A stretch of DNA of 57,218 bases, taken from positions 1 through 57,218 of the forward strand of contig NW_021833830.1 of NCBI RefSeq assembly GCF_006345805.1. The letters are read 5' to 3'. This document shows positions 24,899 through 38,830 of the stretch, piece after piece. The notes under the pieces are model-generated. The model was not told the origin of the DNA, searched no databases, and worked only from the letters and a program-made list of their open reading frames with translations. The DNA is from Octopus sinensis. Its lineage: Eukaryota. A program made the position numbers and the translations under genes. Numbering within the stretch: the stretch's first letter is position 1; every line of letters begins with the position of its first letter.

Positions 24899-25887
24899 AT
24901 CTATATATATATATATATATATATTATTATGTGAAATAGAAAGATGAATAATCTTGTAGTAGATTAATCAAAAGTTTAACCGATACCTTAGTAGCAAAAA
25001 TCACAGCAGTAAAACAGCACGGTTGGAGGTACAACCATCTGGCGTTGCAACCGTGCGTTGGTGCGGATAATTGAAATTAAAACATTATTGGTGAATTGAA
25101 GAAATGGAGCTGAACGCAGATTGAACAGAAATCGTTTTATTTCATTATACACGTGTTTCGAAAGGCACAAATTACCAAAATCCGATTGAATAAGGGACCA
25201 TATTGTGTCTTTCTCTCAGGAAGAAAAAAGGAAATCCGTTGGAAAAACAAAAACAAACAGAGGCGGAGCAAAAACAAATCGAACTATGCTCCTAAGAGCC
25301 CATGGCGAAACTGTTTATCAGTGTATGTTGAGAACCGGTGGCTGAAGAATTCAACGGGTCAGGCATCGGTCAATCATGTGGGTGAGGGTGTATAGATGTT
25401 CTTTGTGACCGACAATAAAGTTCTGACTATTTAGGAATATTGGATGTTTTATAAGGGGCGAGAAAAAATCTACTTAGAGACGTGTGTGTGTGTATACTGT
25501 TCTATATGTTGTGTTGTGGCGTAGGGGTAGAAAACATTTTTTGTGTACGTGTGTGCGTTTGATCGTTCGGCTGTCAGTGGCTACTGCCGTGAGAACCGTT
25601 GGGTGGCGGTTCTCACGGCAGTAGCCACTGACAGCCGACGATCAAACGCACACACGTACACAAAAAATGTTTTTCTCTACCCCTACGCCAACACACACAT
25701 ATATAGACAGTATACACACAGGTCTCTAAGTAGATTTTTTCTCGCCCCTTATAAAACATCCAATATTTCTTAAATAGTCAGAACTTTATTCTGTTCAATC
25801 TGCGTTCAGCTCCATTTCTTCAATAATGTATATATATATATATATATAACTATACATATATTTATATATATATATATATATATAACT

Positions 25888-26515
25888 ATCATCATCATCA
25901 TTTAGCGTCTGTTCTCCATGCTAGCATGGGTTGGACGGTTCAACTGGGGTCTGTGAAGCTGGAAGGCTTCATCAGGCCCAGTCAGATCTGGCAGTGTTTC
26001 TACGGCTGGATGCCCTCCTAACGCCAACCACTCCGTGAGTGTAGTGGGTGCTTTTTACGTGCCACCCGCACAGGTGCCGACAGAGCTGGCAAACGGCCAC
26101 GAACGGATGGTGCTTTTACGTGTCACCGGCACGGGGCCAGGCGAGGCTGGCAACGGACAACTATATATTATATATATATAATAACTATACATATATACAC
26201 ATATATATATATAAATATACATTAATATATATATATAATATATTATATATATATATATATATACATATATAACATAAATATATATATATTTAAATTAGAT
26301 ATATATATATATAACCTATATTATTCCACATGGGTAGAAATATAGGAAAAATAGAAATTGAGAAAAATGCATTGAGAATAGTTAAAATATTTTTTATTAC
26401 TATAACTGGTTTAACCGGTTTTACAGTTTATACACTAATCTTTAAAAAGTTCAAATAGTAAGACATGGCCTATGACACAGCTGTTTTGTTTCTGACTAGC
26501 CACACCTTTCTATTT

Positions 26516-26546
<31 letters not shown>

Positions 26547-26858
26547 TTAGCGTCCGTTCTCCATGCTAGCATGGGTTGGACGGTCCAATGGGGTCTGTGA
26601 AGCTGGAAGGCTTCATCAGGCCCAGTCAGATCTGGCAGAGTGGTTCTACGGCTGGATGCCTTCCTAACGCCAACCACTCCGTGAGTGTAGTGGGTGCTTT
26701 TTACGTGCCACCCGCACAGGTGCCAGACAGAGCTGGCAAACGGCCACGAACGGATGGTGCTTTTACGTGTCACCGGCACGGGGGCCAGGCGAGGCTGGCA
26801 ACGGACAACTATATATATATATATAACTATACATATATACACATATATATATATATAC

Positions 26859-26937
<79 letters not shown>

Positions 26938-27402
26938 CATATATATACACACATATATATACACACACACATATATATATACATATATATATATATTTAA
27001 ATTAGATATATATATATATAACCTATATTATTCCACATGGGTAGAAATATAGGAAAAATAGAAATTGAGAAAAATGCATTGAGAATAGTTAAAATATTTT
27101 TTATTACTATAACTGGTTTAACCGGTTTTACAGTTTATACACTAATCTTTAAAAAGTTCAAATAGTAAGACATGGCCTATGACACAGCTGTTTTGTTTCT
27201 GACTAGCCACACCTTTCTATTTAAATCATCATCATCATCATCATCATTTAGCGTCCGTTCTCCATGCTAGCATGGGTTGGACGGTCCAACTGGGGTCTGT
27301 GAAGCTGGAAGGCTTCATCAGGCCCAGTCAGATCTGGCAGTGTTTCTACGACTGGATGCCCTTCCTAACGCCAACCACTCCATGAGTGTAGTGGGTGCTT
27401 TT
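25888..27402 (-). repeat. Tandem duplication of a ~640-700-bp unit (family B SINE, microsatellite, unique AT-rich block); two full copies plus one partial
   Basis: Unique block AAATTAGAT...CTTTCTATTTAAATC is essentially identical at ~26292-26520 and ~26998-27226. Confidence 0.9.
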
Positions 27403-27463
27403 ATTAAATATATTAATAAAAACTATTTTAGCTATTCTCAGTGCATTTTCAACTTCTATTTTT

Positions 27464-27886
<423 letters not shown>

Positions 27887-27889
27887 CAT

Positions 27890-28610
27890 GTGTGGGAAAA
27901 TCTGGGTGTGTTTGTGTGGAGTTGTTAGCTAACACCTCCTACATCGTTTAATCGATTTTGATGAAACTTGACACTTGAGTAGAACTCGTGTCTGGAAGCC
28001 TCATAGTATTCTCAGATTGTTGAAAAAATCGATAATAGAGTCCCTGTAAGGGATCCTTATATATTTCATCTTTACAGTCAAGGGAAATAACCCATTCAGT
28101 TTTCTTGATTCATTTGGTATAAATCAAATTGAGTATGCTTATTTCTTAGTATTTGAACTGTTTGAGTTATTTTCGCAACTTATCAGTACAACCCTTAAAC
28201 AAGTAAATAGTATTTTCCTAAATAATAGATCCACTTATTTCAGTTAGTGACTTATTCATGAATATACCAACACTAGTGTCTCTGAGAGTAATATTTCCTC
28301 CTAAGTCCTATATACTCTGGGAACACATTAAAGCCCTTTTCAGGGCTACTTTATTTGAATTCCTACTATCGGGTAACTAACTTCATGTTATTACATAACT
28401 GACTTCACAATTTGGGTATTCATAACTTATTGGGAATTCCTAAAAACAAGATCCTGTGTAAGACAGTTAGGTATTCTCTGCAAATGCACAAAAATCGTTT
28501 TAAGGGCTACATACTTTGTATTGTTGTTATTGGATTAGCGAAACAATTATGAGAACGGCATCAAGGGATAAGCCCTGCTTTCCCAGGAATTAACGTATAA
28601 GTCAGCTAGT
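27890..28610 (+). mobile_element. Possible Helitron-like element
   Basis: Contains GATTTTGATGAAACTTGACAC (also in the 42177 copy) and ends ...AAGTCAGCTAG|T. Confidence 0.4.
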
Positions 28611-28621
28611 ATATGTGTGTG

Positions 28622-28659
<38 letters not shown>

Positions 28660-28662
<3 letters not shown>

Positions 28663-29225
28663 ATCCTTAAATCCTTAAAAATGTTTCAGTCCGAAGGCCG
28701 CGGCCATGCTGGGGCACCACTGCTGAATAAGCTACACTAATATGTGAATCCACCTCTGATACGTGGCACTTGGTCAGTAAGGGAGTTTGATGCCGCTGCC
28801 CGCATCTGTGTCTTCTGCCGAGAGGTAGGTTCACCTGGGACCCCCGACAAGAAGAGATCCAGTTTAGTTTTAAAGAAACCCACATCCACACCATGCAAGT
28901 CTCTCAGGCATTTAGGGAGGATGTTGAAGAGCTGTGGTCCTCTGAAACCCAAGCTGTTGCAGTATCTGGTCCTGTATTTTGACTGTGATGTTGGAATCTT
29001 TGGCACCATGCAGTGGCGCCCCATTCTGCTGTTGGGGTAACTTTGAATGCCAAAGTTTGGGACAAGACCCTCCAGGATTTTCCAGATGTATATCACCGCA
29101 TATCTCTCCCGCCTTCGTTCTAGGGAGAAGAGGTTTAATACTTTCAGTCTTTCCCAGTAGCTGATATTTTGCATTGAGACGATCTTCTTTATGTAGCTTC
29201 TCTGAATTGCTTCAAGTTCTGCTGT
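28660..29225 (-). mobile_element. CR1-type LINE 3' end (RT C-terminus plus 3' UTR)
   Basis: SYWERLKVLNLFSLERRRERY...RGPQLFNILP...FKTKLDLFLSGVPGEP; 3' UTR ends in short TTTAAGGA repeats. Confidence 0.85.
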
Positions 29226-29781
29226 TAGCTTTGTATCATTAAGCTAGTGTTAGGAACATAAATTGTGACTAAAGTTTAGTGGAAGATTTTAATTCAAAGC
29301 TTATGAAAAATGACATTTGTACTACAGAGCCAGTTTCAGCTGGGTTGGTAACGAAAGGGTTTATAACCTAGTTTTAGAACTCAGGAAATGGATGTGTGAG
29401 AAGCAAAAAAAGTGTTTGTCAAGTACAGAATGTAATTAGTAATTGGATAAATGTATAAATGACAAGATAATTAGGAAATTATGTTTGTTGTATAATTTCT
29501 TGTTTGCGTTTCCTTTGTGAAATCTCTTATATGGCACAAATGAACAGGGATTTGGAATCCAGGCAGGTACTTTACTAGCACTCAGATATAATCCAGATCT
29601 GGCCAACCACACTGAATGATAGGGAACATACAGAATTGTTTAACTCAGTGATTCTCAAAGTGGGTGATATTGCTCCTTTTGGGGGGTGATGGAAAAATCT
29701 AGGGGATGGGGTGGGGGCACTGAAGAAAACTGGGGTGATAATGGGGATGGCCAAAAAGGGTCAATGAACCACCACCACCAC

Positions 29782-31260
29782 CACATCATCATCATTTAAC
29801 GTCCATTTTCAATGCTGGCATGGGTTGGATGGTTTGACTGAAAACTGGTAAACTGGGGAACTGCACCAGGTTTGCATTTGATTTGGCACGATTTCTATGA
29901 CTGGATGCCCTTCCTAATGCCAACCACCCCAAGAGTGTAGTGGGTGAATTTTAAATGTCAACAGCAAGGGTGCCAGTTACGAAATGCTGGCATTGGTTAC
30001 AACTATGAACTCACTTGGCTTGACAGGTTTTCACAAGCTTGGTATATTGTCAAAGGGCTCAGTAACTTATCACTGCCTCCATGAGGCCCAATTTTAAAGT
30101 GTGCTTTTTATGTGCCACTGGCACAGATGCCAGTTGCGAAACACTGGCATCAGTAAAAAAAAAACCCAAAATGTAAGTAATAGTTAATTAGGGTTTTCAT
30201 CATCATCATCATCATCATCGTTTAACGTTCGCTTTCCATGCTGGCATGAGTTGGATGGTTTGACTGAGGACTGGCGAGCCAGATGGCTACACCAGGCTCC
30301 AATCTGATCTGGCAGAGTTTCTACAGCTTGATGCCCTTCCTAATGCCAACCACTCCGTAAGTGTAGTGGGTGCTTTTATATATATGTGTACATATATATA
30401 TATATATATACTCTCTTTTACTCTTTTACTTGTTTCAGTCATTTGACTGCGGCCATGCTGGAGCACTGCCTTTAGTCGAGCAAATCGACCCCGGGACTTA
30501 TTCTTTGTAAGCCCAGTACTTATTCTATCGGTTGTCAAGCAATGCTTGGGGGACAAACACAGACACAAAAACACACATATATATATACATATATACAACA
30601 GGCTTCTTTCAGTTTCCGTCTACCAAATCCACTCACAAGGCATTGGTCGGCCCGGGGCTATAGCAGAAGACACTTGCCCAAGATGCCACGCAGTGGGACT
30701 GAACCCGGAACCATGTGGTTGGTTAGCAAGCTACTTACCACACAGCCACTCCTATATATATATATCATCATCATCATCATCTAATGTCCGCTTTCCATGC
30801 TAGCATGAGTTGGATGGTTTGACTGAGGACAGGTGAGCCAGATGGCTGCACCAGACTCCAATCTGATCTGGCTGAGTTTCTACAGCTTGATGCCCTTCCT
30901 AATGCCAACTAGTCTGAGAATGTAATGGGTGCTTCTACGGGTGCCATTTGCATAACACCAGTATCTATCATGGCTACGATTTCACTTGGCTTGATGGGTT
31001 TTCTTCTCAAACACAGCATTTTGCCAAAGGTTTCGGTCATTCGTCATTGCCTCCATGAGGTCTAATGCTTGACAGGTGCTTCATACGTGCCACTGGCATG
31101 GGTGCCACTTCTGGACACCAGCATCAGCTACTTTGCCTCCATGAGGCCCAATGCTCGAAAGGTGCTTTTTATGTGCCACCGGCACAGGTTGCGGGTTATG
31201 GAACCCCAGTATCAGTCACATTGCCGCCATGAGGCCCAACACTTGAAGGTTGCTTTTCAT
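29782..31260 (-). mobile_element. Cluster of family B copies (~29782-30150, 30198-30376, 30765-31260) around a family A copy (30411-30751)
   Basis: Reverse complements of families A and B. Confidence 0.8.
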
Positions 31261-31319
31261 GGATCCCAGTTCTACGTCACCAGTATCTGCCACAGGCGTG
31301 ATGGGCCAGATCTGGTCTC

Positions 31320-31700
31320 TTTCACCATAAAACAGATACAATATTTAGACTGGAGAAGATTTTTACAGATTCCATGGACAGCTAGGCTCACCAATGGAGA
31401 AGATCTTAAGCAGATCAGGCCGAAACTGTCGCTAGGAGCTAGGATCACCAAGCATAGATTGGCATATTTCGGTCATATTATGCAGAAAAAATCCCTGGAG
31501 AAGGACATCATGCTCAGAATGGTCGGTGGCAAGAGAGGAAGAGGCCGACCAAGAATCCGCTGGCTTGACACCATCAAGAGTGATACTGGAATGGACATAG
31601 CCAATCTGAAAGAAGCGGCCCAGGATAGAACTGACTGGAGGACACTGATCCAACGAGTGACCGAGAGTCGACTTCGACTGAGCGGACAGATAGATAGATG
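31320..31700 (+). mobile_element. RTE (BovB-like) LINE 3' fragment
   Basis: WRRFLQIPWTAR.TN...RLAYFGHIMQK..LEKDIML..VGGKRGRGRPRIRWLD...AAQDRTDWR. Confidence 0.85.
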
Positions 31701-31990
31701 ATTGGTTTAAATTCAAAAGGGTTAACATAAACAATTACAGGGTACTTCAAGTGATAGGGAAATCCTGAAATAACCTCATTAGATCTTTTATTATCATTAA
31801 ATTACAACGTGACACATGTTTCTGCTGTGTAGCCAATTAATAACACATAAATGTTATATTAAAGGACTTTCCAACAACAGGGACATGTGTCATATTGGAG
31901 TTTAACGAGAACTTAATGAGGACAATATTGTAATAAATAAATTTTGAAAATATATGATTCTCTATTCATCTTTATGATGACTTCATTATT

Positions 31991-32024
<34 letters not shown>

Positions 32025-32027
32025 TGT

Positions 32028-32083
<56 letters not shown>

Positions 32084-32106
32084 TGTGTATGTGTGTGTGT
32101 GTGTGT

Positions 32107-32139
<33 letters not shown>

Positions 32140-32310
32140 TGTATGTGTGTGTGTGTGTGTGTGTGTTATCCCATAAATAATGCGGGTTTTTCAGTTTCAT
32201 GAACTTAAAATCCGTGGGGGGAACAGGGTAAACTACCTGCATCAACTTTCAATAAAAGCAGGTAGTAATTTTACCATGTGCTTATTCTTAGTGCAAGTTC
32301 TGAAGAGTGC

Positions 32311-33540
32311 ATCAGGCATCTGCACCGGTGGCACATAAAAAGCCCCTTTTGAGCATTGGGCCCCATGGAGGCAATGTGGTCAATACTGCAATTGTGTTAC
32401 TGGCATCTGGACTGGTGACACATAAAAAGCCCCTTTTGAGTGTTGGGCCCCGCTGCAATTGTGTAACTGGCATCTGGACTGGTGGCACATAAAAAGCCCC
32501 TTTTGAGCATTGGGCCCCATAGAGGCAATGTGGTCAATGCTGCAATTGTGTAACTGGCATCTGCACTGGTGACACATAAAAAGCCCCTTTTGAGTGTTGG
32601 GCCCCGCTGCAATTGTGTTACTGGCATCTGCACTGGTGGCACGTAAAAAGCCCCTTTTGAGCATTGGGGCCCATGGAGGCAATGTGGTCAATGCTGCAAT
32701 TGTGTAACTGGCATCTGGACTGGTGACACATAAAAAGCCCCTTTTGAGTGTTGGGCCCCGCTGCAATTGTGTTACTGGCATCTGCACTGGTGGCACGTAA
32801 AAAGCCCCTTTTGAGCATTGGGGCCCATGGAGGCAATGTGGTCAATACTGCGATTGTGTAACTGGCATCTGCGCTGGTGACACATAAAAAGCCCCTTTTG
32901 AGTGTTGGGCCCCGCTGCAATTGTGTTACTGGCATCTGCACTGGTGGCACGTAAAAAGCCCCTTTTGAGCATTGGGCCCCATGGAGGCAATGTGGTCAAT
33001 ACTGCGATTGTGTAACTGGCATCTGGACTGGTGGCACATAAAAAGCCCCTTTTGAGCATTGGGCCCCATAGAGGCAATGTGGTCAATACTGCGATTGTGT
33101 AACTGGCATCTGCACCGGTGGCACATAAAAAGCCCCTTTTGAGCATTGGGCCCCATGGAGGCAATGTGGTCAATACTGCGATTGTGTAACTGGCATCTGG
33201 ACTGGTGGCACATAAAAAGCCCCTTTTGAGTATTGGGCCCCATAGAGGCAATGTGGTCAATACTGCGATTGTGTAACTGGCATCTGGACTGGTGGCACAT
33301 AAAAAGCCCCTTTTGAGCATTGGGCCCCATGGAGGCAATGTGGTCAATACTGCGATTGTGTAACTGGCATCTGGACTGGTGGCACATAAAAAGCCCCTTT
33401 TGAGCATTGGGCCCCATGGAGGCAATGTGGTCAATACTGCGATTGTGTAACTGGCATCTGGACTGGTGGCACATAAAAAGCCCCTTTTGAGCATTGGGCC
33501 CCATGGAGGCAGTGTGGCTGATGCTGCAATTGTGTAACTG
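32311..33540 (+). repeat. Minisatellite of 87-bp (A) and 67-bp (B) units, order ABABABAB then AAAAAAA, derived from the family B 5' repeat module
   Basis: Unit starts at 32313, 32400, 32467, 32554, 32621, 32708, 32775, 32862, 32929, then every 87 bp to 33538; continues into a decayed family B body ending (ATG)n at ~33893. Confidence 0.9.
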
Positions 33541-34332
33541 GCATCTGTGCCTGTGGCGTGTAAAAAGCACCTTCTGAGTGTTGGGCCTTACAGAGGTAGT
33601 GACAAGTGACTGAGATCTTTTGCAATATGCTGTGCTTAAGAAGACCCAACAAGCCAACAGAAATCATAGTCGTGGCAGATACTGGTGTCGTGCAACTGAC
33701 ACACGTATTGGTGGAATGTATAAGCACCTATTACACTCTCGGAGTGGTTGGCGCTAGGAGGAGCATCCAGGTGTAGAGACCATACCAAATGAGAATTGAG
33801 TCTGGTGCGGATCTCTGGTTTACCAGCCCTGGTCAAACCATCCAAACCCTGCTAGAATGGGCAACGGACGCTAAATGATGATGATGATGATGTCAAGACA
33901 AGAAGGGAGACACATGCACACACCCACCCACACACACACACACCTACACAGACTTTAGCGAGCTGATAACAATGTTTTGCTAAGCTGGTCTCGGGGCAAA
34001 CCTGTTGCGTTGTTTGTTTGCTGGTGGCTAAACTGTCTCGACCACCAATGCCCTTCCCCTGACCCTCTCCGTGTCGAGAGGGACAACTACCCTCCTGTTG
34101 TGTGGATCAATGTCTGTACACAGACACATGCACGCGTGTACATGTGCTGGTATGTGTGTGGTGGTTTGTATAGGTGTGTGGATATATATATATGTATGTG
34201 TATATATATATATATGTATGTGTATATATATATATGTATGTGTATATATATATATGTATGTGTGTATATATATATATGTATGTGTATATATATATATGTA
34301 TATATATATGTGTATGTGTGTGTGTGTATGTG

Positions 34333-34363
<31 letters not shown>

Positions 34364-34440
34364 ATATATGTGTGTGTGTATATGTGTGTGTGTGTATGTG
34401 TATGTGTGTGTGTATGTGTGTGTGTGTGTATGTGTGTGTG

Positions 34441-34481
<41 letters not shown>

Positions 34482-34680
34482 GTGTGTGTATATATATATT
34501 TGTGTGTGTATATATATATATACACATGCACACACACACACATGTATATAATATATATATATATATACATACATATATGTGTGTGTGTGTTTATATATAT
34601 ATATGTGTGTGTGTATGTGATACATGTATACATATCTATGTATATGTCTGAATATGTTATGTAACTATAAGTATATTTGT

Positions 34681-34715
<35 letters not shown>

Positions 34716-35144
34716 CGAGAAAGAAGCAACAAGAATGGATAGGTTTTTAGTACAATCGTTTCATACAAGGACAGGCTTTATTAAAAGTTGCAAAAATTAC
34801 AGCATATAAACGTGTCCCGTACTCATCAGCTAAAATACATGTGAGTTCTCTAGACATCCTAGTGGTTGAGGCTATACTCATGAGGTAATGTAGATAATTA
34901 AGTAACATAAACAGATTTCCAAAGATTTCCAATGAACTTTGGAAATCTGTTTATGTTACTTAATTATCTACATTACCTCATGAGTATAGCCTCAACCACT
35001 AGGATGTCTAGAGAACTCACATGTATTTTAGCTGATGAGTACGGGACACGTTTATATGCTGTAATTTTTGCAACTTTAATAAAGCCTGTCCTTGTATGAA
35101 ACGATTGTACTAAAAACCTATCCATTCTTGTTGCTTCTTTCTCG
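34716..35144. repeat. Near-perfect palindrome, ~209-bp arms, 12-nt spacer
   Basis: Arms 34716-34924 and 34937-35144; one A-run indel seen. Confidence 0.95.
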
Positions 35145-35289
35145 CTTATAATCACCCCACATTACTGTATTGTTAAAACAGTATAGTTTTTTTTGGTGCA
35201 TCTAAGTTAGGTACCATATTCAAGTAAATTCATTTAAATTAACTTGAATCTTTATTGCTTTTTGAATATATATATATATAATATATATA

Positions 35290-35321
<32 letters not shown>

Positions 35322-35396
35322 GCATGTGTGTATCTATATATAAATATGTGTGTGTGTTTATATCTATATGTAAATATATGTCTGTATCTATCTATC

Positions 35397-35447
<51 letters not shown>

Positions 35448-35871
35448 GCACACACACCACAGGCCATTAATATCAATGAATCAACTGAGAAAGACCGATT
35501 CCCTGCTGATAGACGAAATGTGCTTAATGCACAGCTGTTGCTTCATTTATGTCCCCATGCCATGGCTCTGTCGGTACGTTGTCTGCTTCCCAAGCACAGG
35601 ATTTTGGGTTCAGTTTCACTGCGTGGCACTTTGGTCAATTTCTTCTGCTATTCCTGTTACTTGACCAAAGTCCTGTGAGAGGATCTAATAGAAGGAAACT
35701 GAGAGAAGCCCATCATGTATGTTATATCTATCTGTCTGTCTGTCTGTCTGTCTGTAATGTATTGTTCCATGATAGAAAATTCAACTAAAAAATTACTCCA
35801 ATATATATACATATATGTGTGCATGTGTGTGTGTATATATGTACACATACATACATACATACATACATACA

Positions 35872-35907
<36 letters not shown>

Positions 35908-36639
35908 TAGTCCACTTATGCATACCTTTCCTTCTTGGGACACAAAACTCTACTTGTGAAGACCTGTTGAGGCAAGTGAGAATCGAAATCGATCAACATC
36001 AATGGAAATTGCAGCTGTGATACCAGTTCCGGTGGCACATAAGAGAACCATCCAAACGTGGCCGTTGCCAGCGCCGCCCCGACTGGCCTCGTGCCGGTGG
36101 TATGTAAAAGCACCATCCGTTCGTCGCCGTTGCCAGCCTCGCCTGGCCCCCGTGCCGGTGGCACGTAAAAAGCACCATCCGTCCGTGGCCGTTTGCCAGC
36201 CTCGTCTGGCACCTGTGCAGGTGGCACGTAAAAAGCACCCACTACACTCTCGGAGTGGTTGGCGTTAGGAAGGGCATCCAGCCGTAGAAACACTGTCAGA
36301 TCTGACTGGGCCTGGTGCAGCCTTCTGGCTTCCCAGACCCCAGTTGAACCGTCCAACCCATGCCAGCAATGAAAGCGGACGCTAAACGATGATGATGATG
36401 ATGATATATACATACGTACGTACATGCATACATGCTTCTCTATAACAGATGTGCACAGAGCCAGATGTTATATGGCAAAATCTGTTTTATAATAGGTATT
36501 TAATGGTTGTTCTTCATTTACTTAGACGTGGCTCTGTGGACTTATGTGCATTTCTATTCAAATGTACCCATTCAATTATAAATTAGATATATATATATGT
36601 ATTCCATCTACCTTCCTATGTATCTGTCTATCTATCGAG

Positions 36640-36761
36640 CTACCAACCTATGTATCTGTCTGTCTGTATGCATGTCTTAATTTTTACTTATCTGTCTATC
36701 AACATGTATCCCTATCTACTTACCTTTCTGTCTGCCTCTGTCTATCTATTTCTCTATCTAC

Positions 36762-36800
<39 letters not shown>

Positions 36801-36864
36801 CCCATCTATCTATCTACCCATTTATCTATCTATCTATCTATCTATCTTTCTATCTATCTATCTA

Positions 36865-36916
<52 letters not shown>

Positions 36917-36972
36917 CCTATCTATCTATCTATCTACCCATCTATCTATCTACCTATCTATCTATCTATCTA

Positions 36973-37004
<32 letters not shown>

Positions 37005-37175
37005 CCTATCTACCTATCTACCTATCTACCTATCTATCTATCTACCCATCTATCTATCTACCTATCTATCTATCTATCTATCTGTCTGTCTATCTATCTA
37101 TTTATCTATCTATCTGTCTATCTATCTATCTATCTATCTATCTACCTATCTACCTATCTATCTATCTATCTATTG
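36640..37175. repeat. (TATC)n microsatellite
   Basis: Direct reading. Confidence 0.95.
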
Positions 37176-37628
37176 TCTAGTGAATGTTTTAAAAAAAGAT
37201 GGGTGAATGTAGCAAGGATGGCACGTATGAATGACGAAGCCACCTTGACTATGATTCTATGAACCATAAAAATTAATACAGAGAGTTGCTTATTTGCAAA
37301 AAAAAAAAAAAGAAATATAACATGTGATTTCATTGACTGAGGTTACCGTGGTCTTTTCCGTAGGCTTTTCTTTCCACGGGTAAACCTCACCTGTCCTCCC
37401 CTTTACACTTCATATTGACATTTCTGTGATAACGATCCCTATTATTCATTTTTTTTTTCTCTCCCCCCTTTTTTTAACCCCTCCCCTTTTTTTTGTCCTT
37501 TTTCTTTCCTTTTACGATCCCTTTTGATCGAAAACCACCACTCTCCTTTTTTTTTACCCCCAAAAGAAAAGCTCTACCTTGTAATTTGTTCTATCTGTGT
37601 GCAGCCCTGTGTGGCTAATAAAGAAACA

Positions 37629-37665
<37 letters not shown>

Positions 37666-38147
37666 CATCATCATCATTGTTCGACCGTGGTCGAGACAAT
37701 GGAATTTACCATGCTACGCCAGACTTCACGGTCCATCATAGCATTACGGAGGTCCTGTTGCTGGATGCCTGTATCCCTGGAGATTACATCAGGGTAGGAG
37801 AGTGTGCGCCCTCTGGTATCGCGAGTAGATGGCTTCCAGAGGAGAAGAGTAGAAATTACCTCGTTTTCAGCTCTGCAACAATGTCCAGCAAACTGGACTC
37901 TCCTACCTTTCACAAGAGATGATACAGGTGGTAGTTTCCCATATATTTGCATTTTGGTTGGATGGCGCTTCCACGAGAGATTTTGAGCTCTCATAAGGAG
38001 GCGAGTGTAGGTTCCATCCAACCGCCTCTCAAGCTTCTTTGATAACGTCCTGGTTTCTGAGCCATAGAGTAGAATTGGTTTGACTGTGGTTTTGAAGATT
38101 TCAAGTTTGAAGTCTCTACTTAGATTTGATAACCAGATCTTATGCAT
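37666..38147 (-). mobile_element. RTE-clade LINE 3' fragment, same family as 8099-8344
   Basis: 157-aa open frame with VKPILLYGSETRTL...RRVQFAGHC; (TGA)n tail. Confidence 0.9.
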
Positions 38148-38183
38148 GTCATGTGAAAGTTGACAACCATCCCCCTATCTATC

Positions 38184-38214
<31 letters not shown>

Positions 38215-38254
38215 CTATACATCCATCTATCTATCCGTCCGTCCGTCCGTCTGT

Positions 38255-38830
38255 CTGATGAGTCCAGATTTGCTGTATTCCCTGACAGTGGTCGAAGGTG
38301 GGTCTGGAGACTCTCTGATCAAGAGTTTGATGTGTAAAGACTGCAGCCAACAACGAAATATGGCAGCTATTCTGGGGAGCAATTTGAAGTAATGGTCAAG
38401 CAGAGCTGGTGGAGTGTGAGGGAAAGATAAAGTCAGATAACCATATGTCCATATTGCTGAAAGGATTCCTTCTAGTCTTCTCAAATGGTGAAATGATTAA
38501 AGGAAACTCTTTATTTATGGAAGATGGGGCTCCTTGTCACACGGCTAAAATGACCCAATAATTGTCGAATGAGAATGGCATTAAAAAGCTTCAGTGGCCA
38601 AACCAGTCAACAGATATGGACCCTATTGAACACCTATGGGGCATAATGGACAGGACACTTCATAAAGAAACACAAGAAAACATCTTCAAAGCCAGGTCTT
38701 TTGAAATTACTGTATGAAACTTGGCAAGAAATTCCTCAGGAGAATATTCATCATCTGATCATTAGCACCCCTAATAGGGTCCTTACACTGAAAAATCCAA
38801 AGGGCATGTCTATTAAATATCAAATATTAA
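38255..38830 (+). mobile_element. Decayed Tc1 (DD34E) transposase fragment
   Basis: DESRF...FMEDGAPCHTAK...WPNQSTDMDPIEHLWG, with stops and frameshifts. Confidence 0.85.

Noticed and set aside
25217-25319. Plus-strand exon candidate EEKRKSVGKTKTNRGGAKTNRTMLLRAHGETVYQ (good acceptor, donor GTATGT)
   Set aside because: Embedded in the rearranged inverted-repeat block and probably repeat-derived; cannot be excluded without RNA data.
29549-29567. 19-nt microexon candidate after a long AG-free zone
   Set aside because: Not a multiple of three, weak donor, no independent support.
32311-33540. CRISPR-like array, or 29-aa repeat protein ORFs
   Set aside because: No unique spacers, eukaryotic context, and the units derive from a SINE module. 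The ORFs follow from the 87-bp unit being a multiple of three.
37337-37389. Small hairpin GAGGTTACCGTGG...CCACGGGTAAACCTC as a pre-miRNA or splicing structure
   Set aside because: The stem is short and bulged with a large loop; insufficient evidence.
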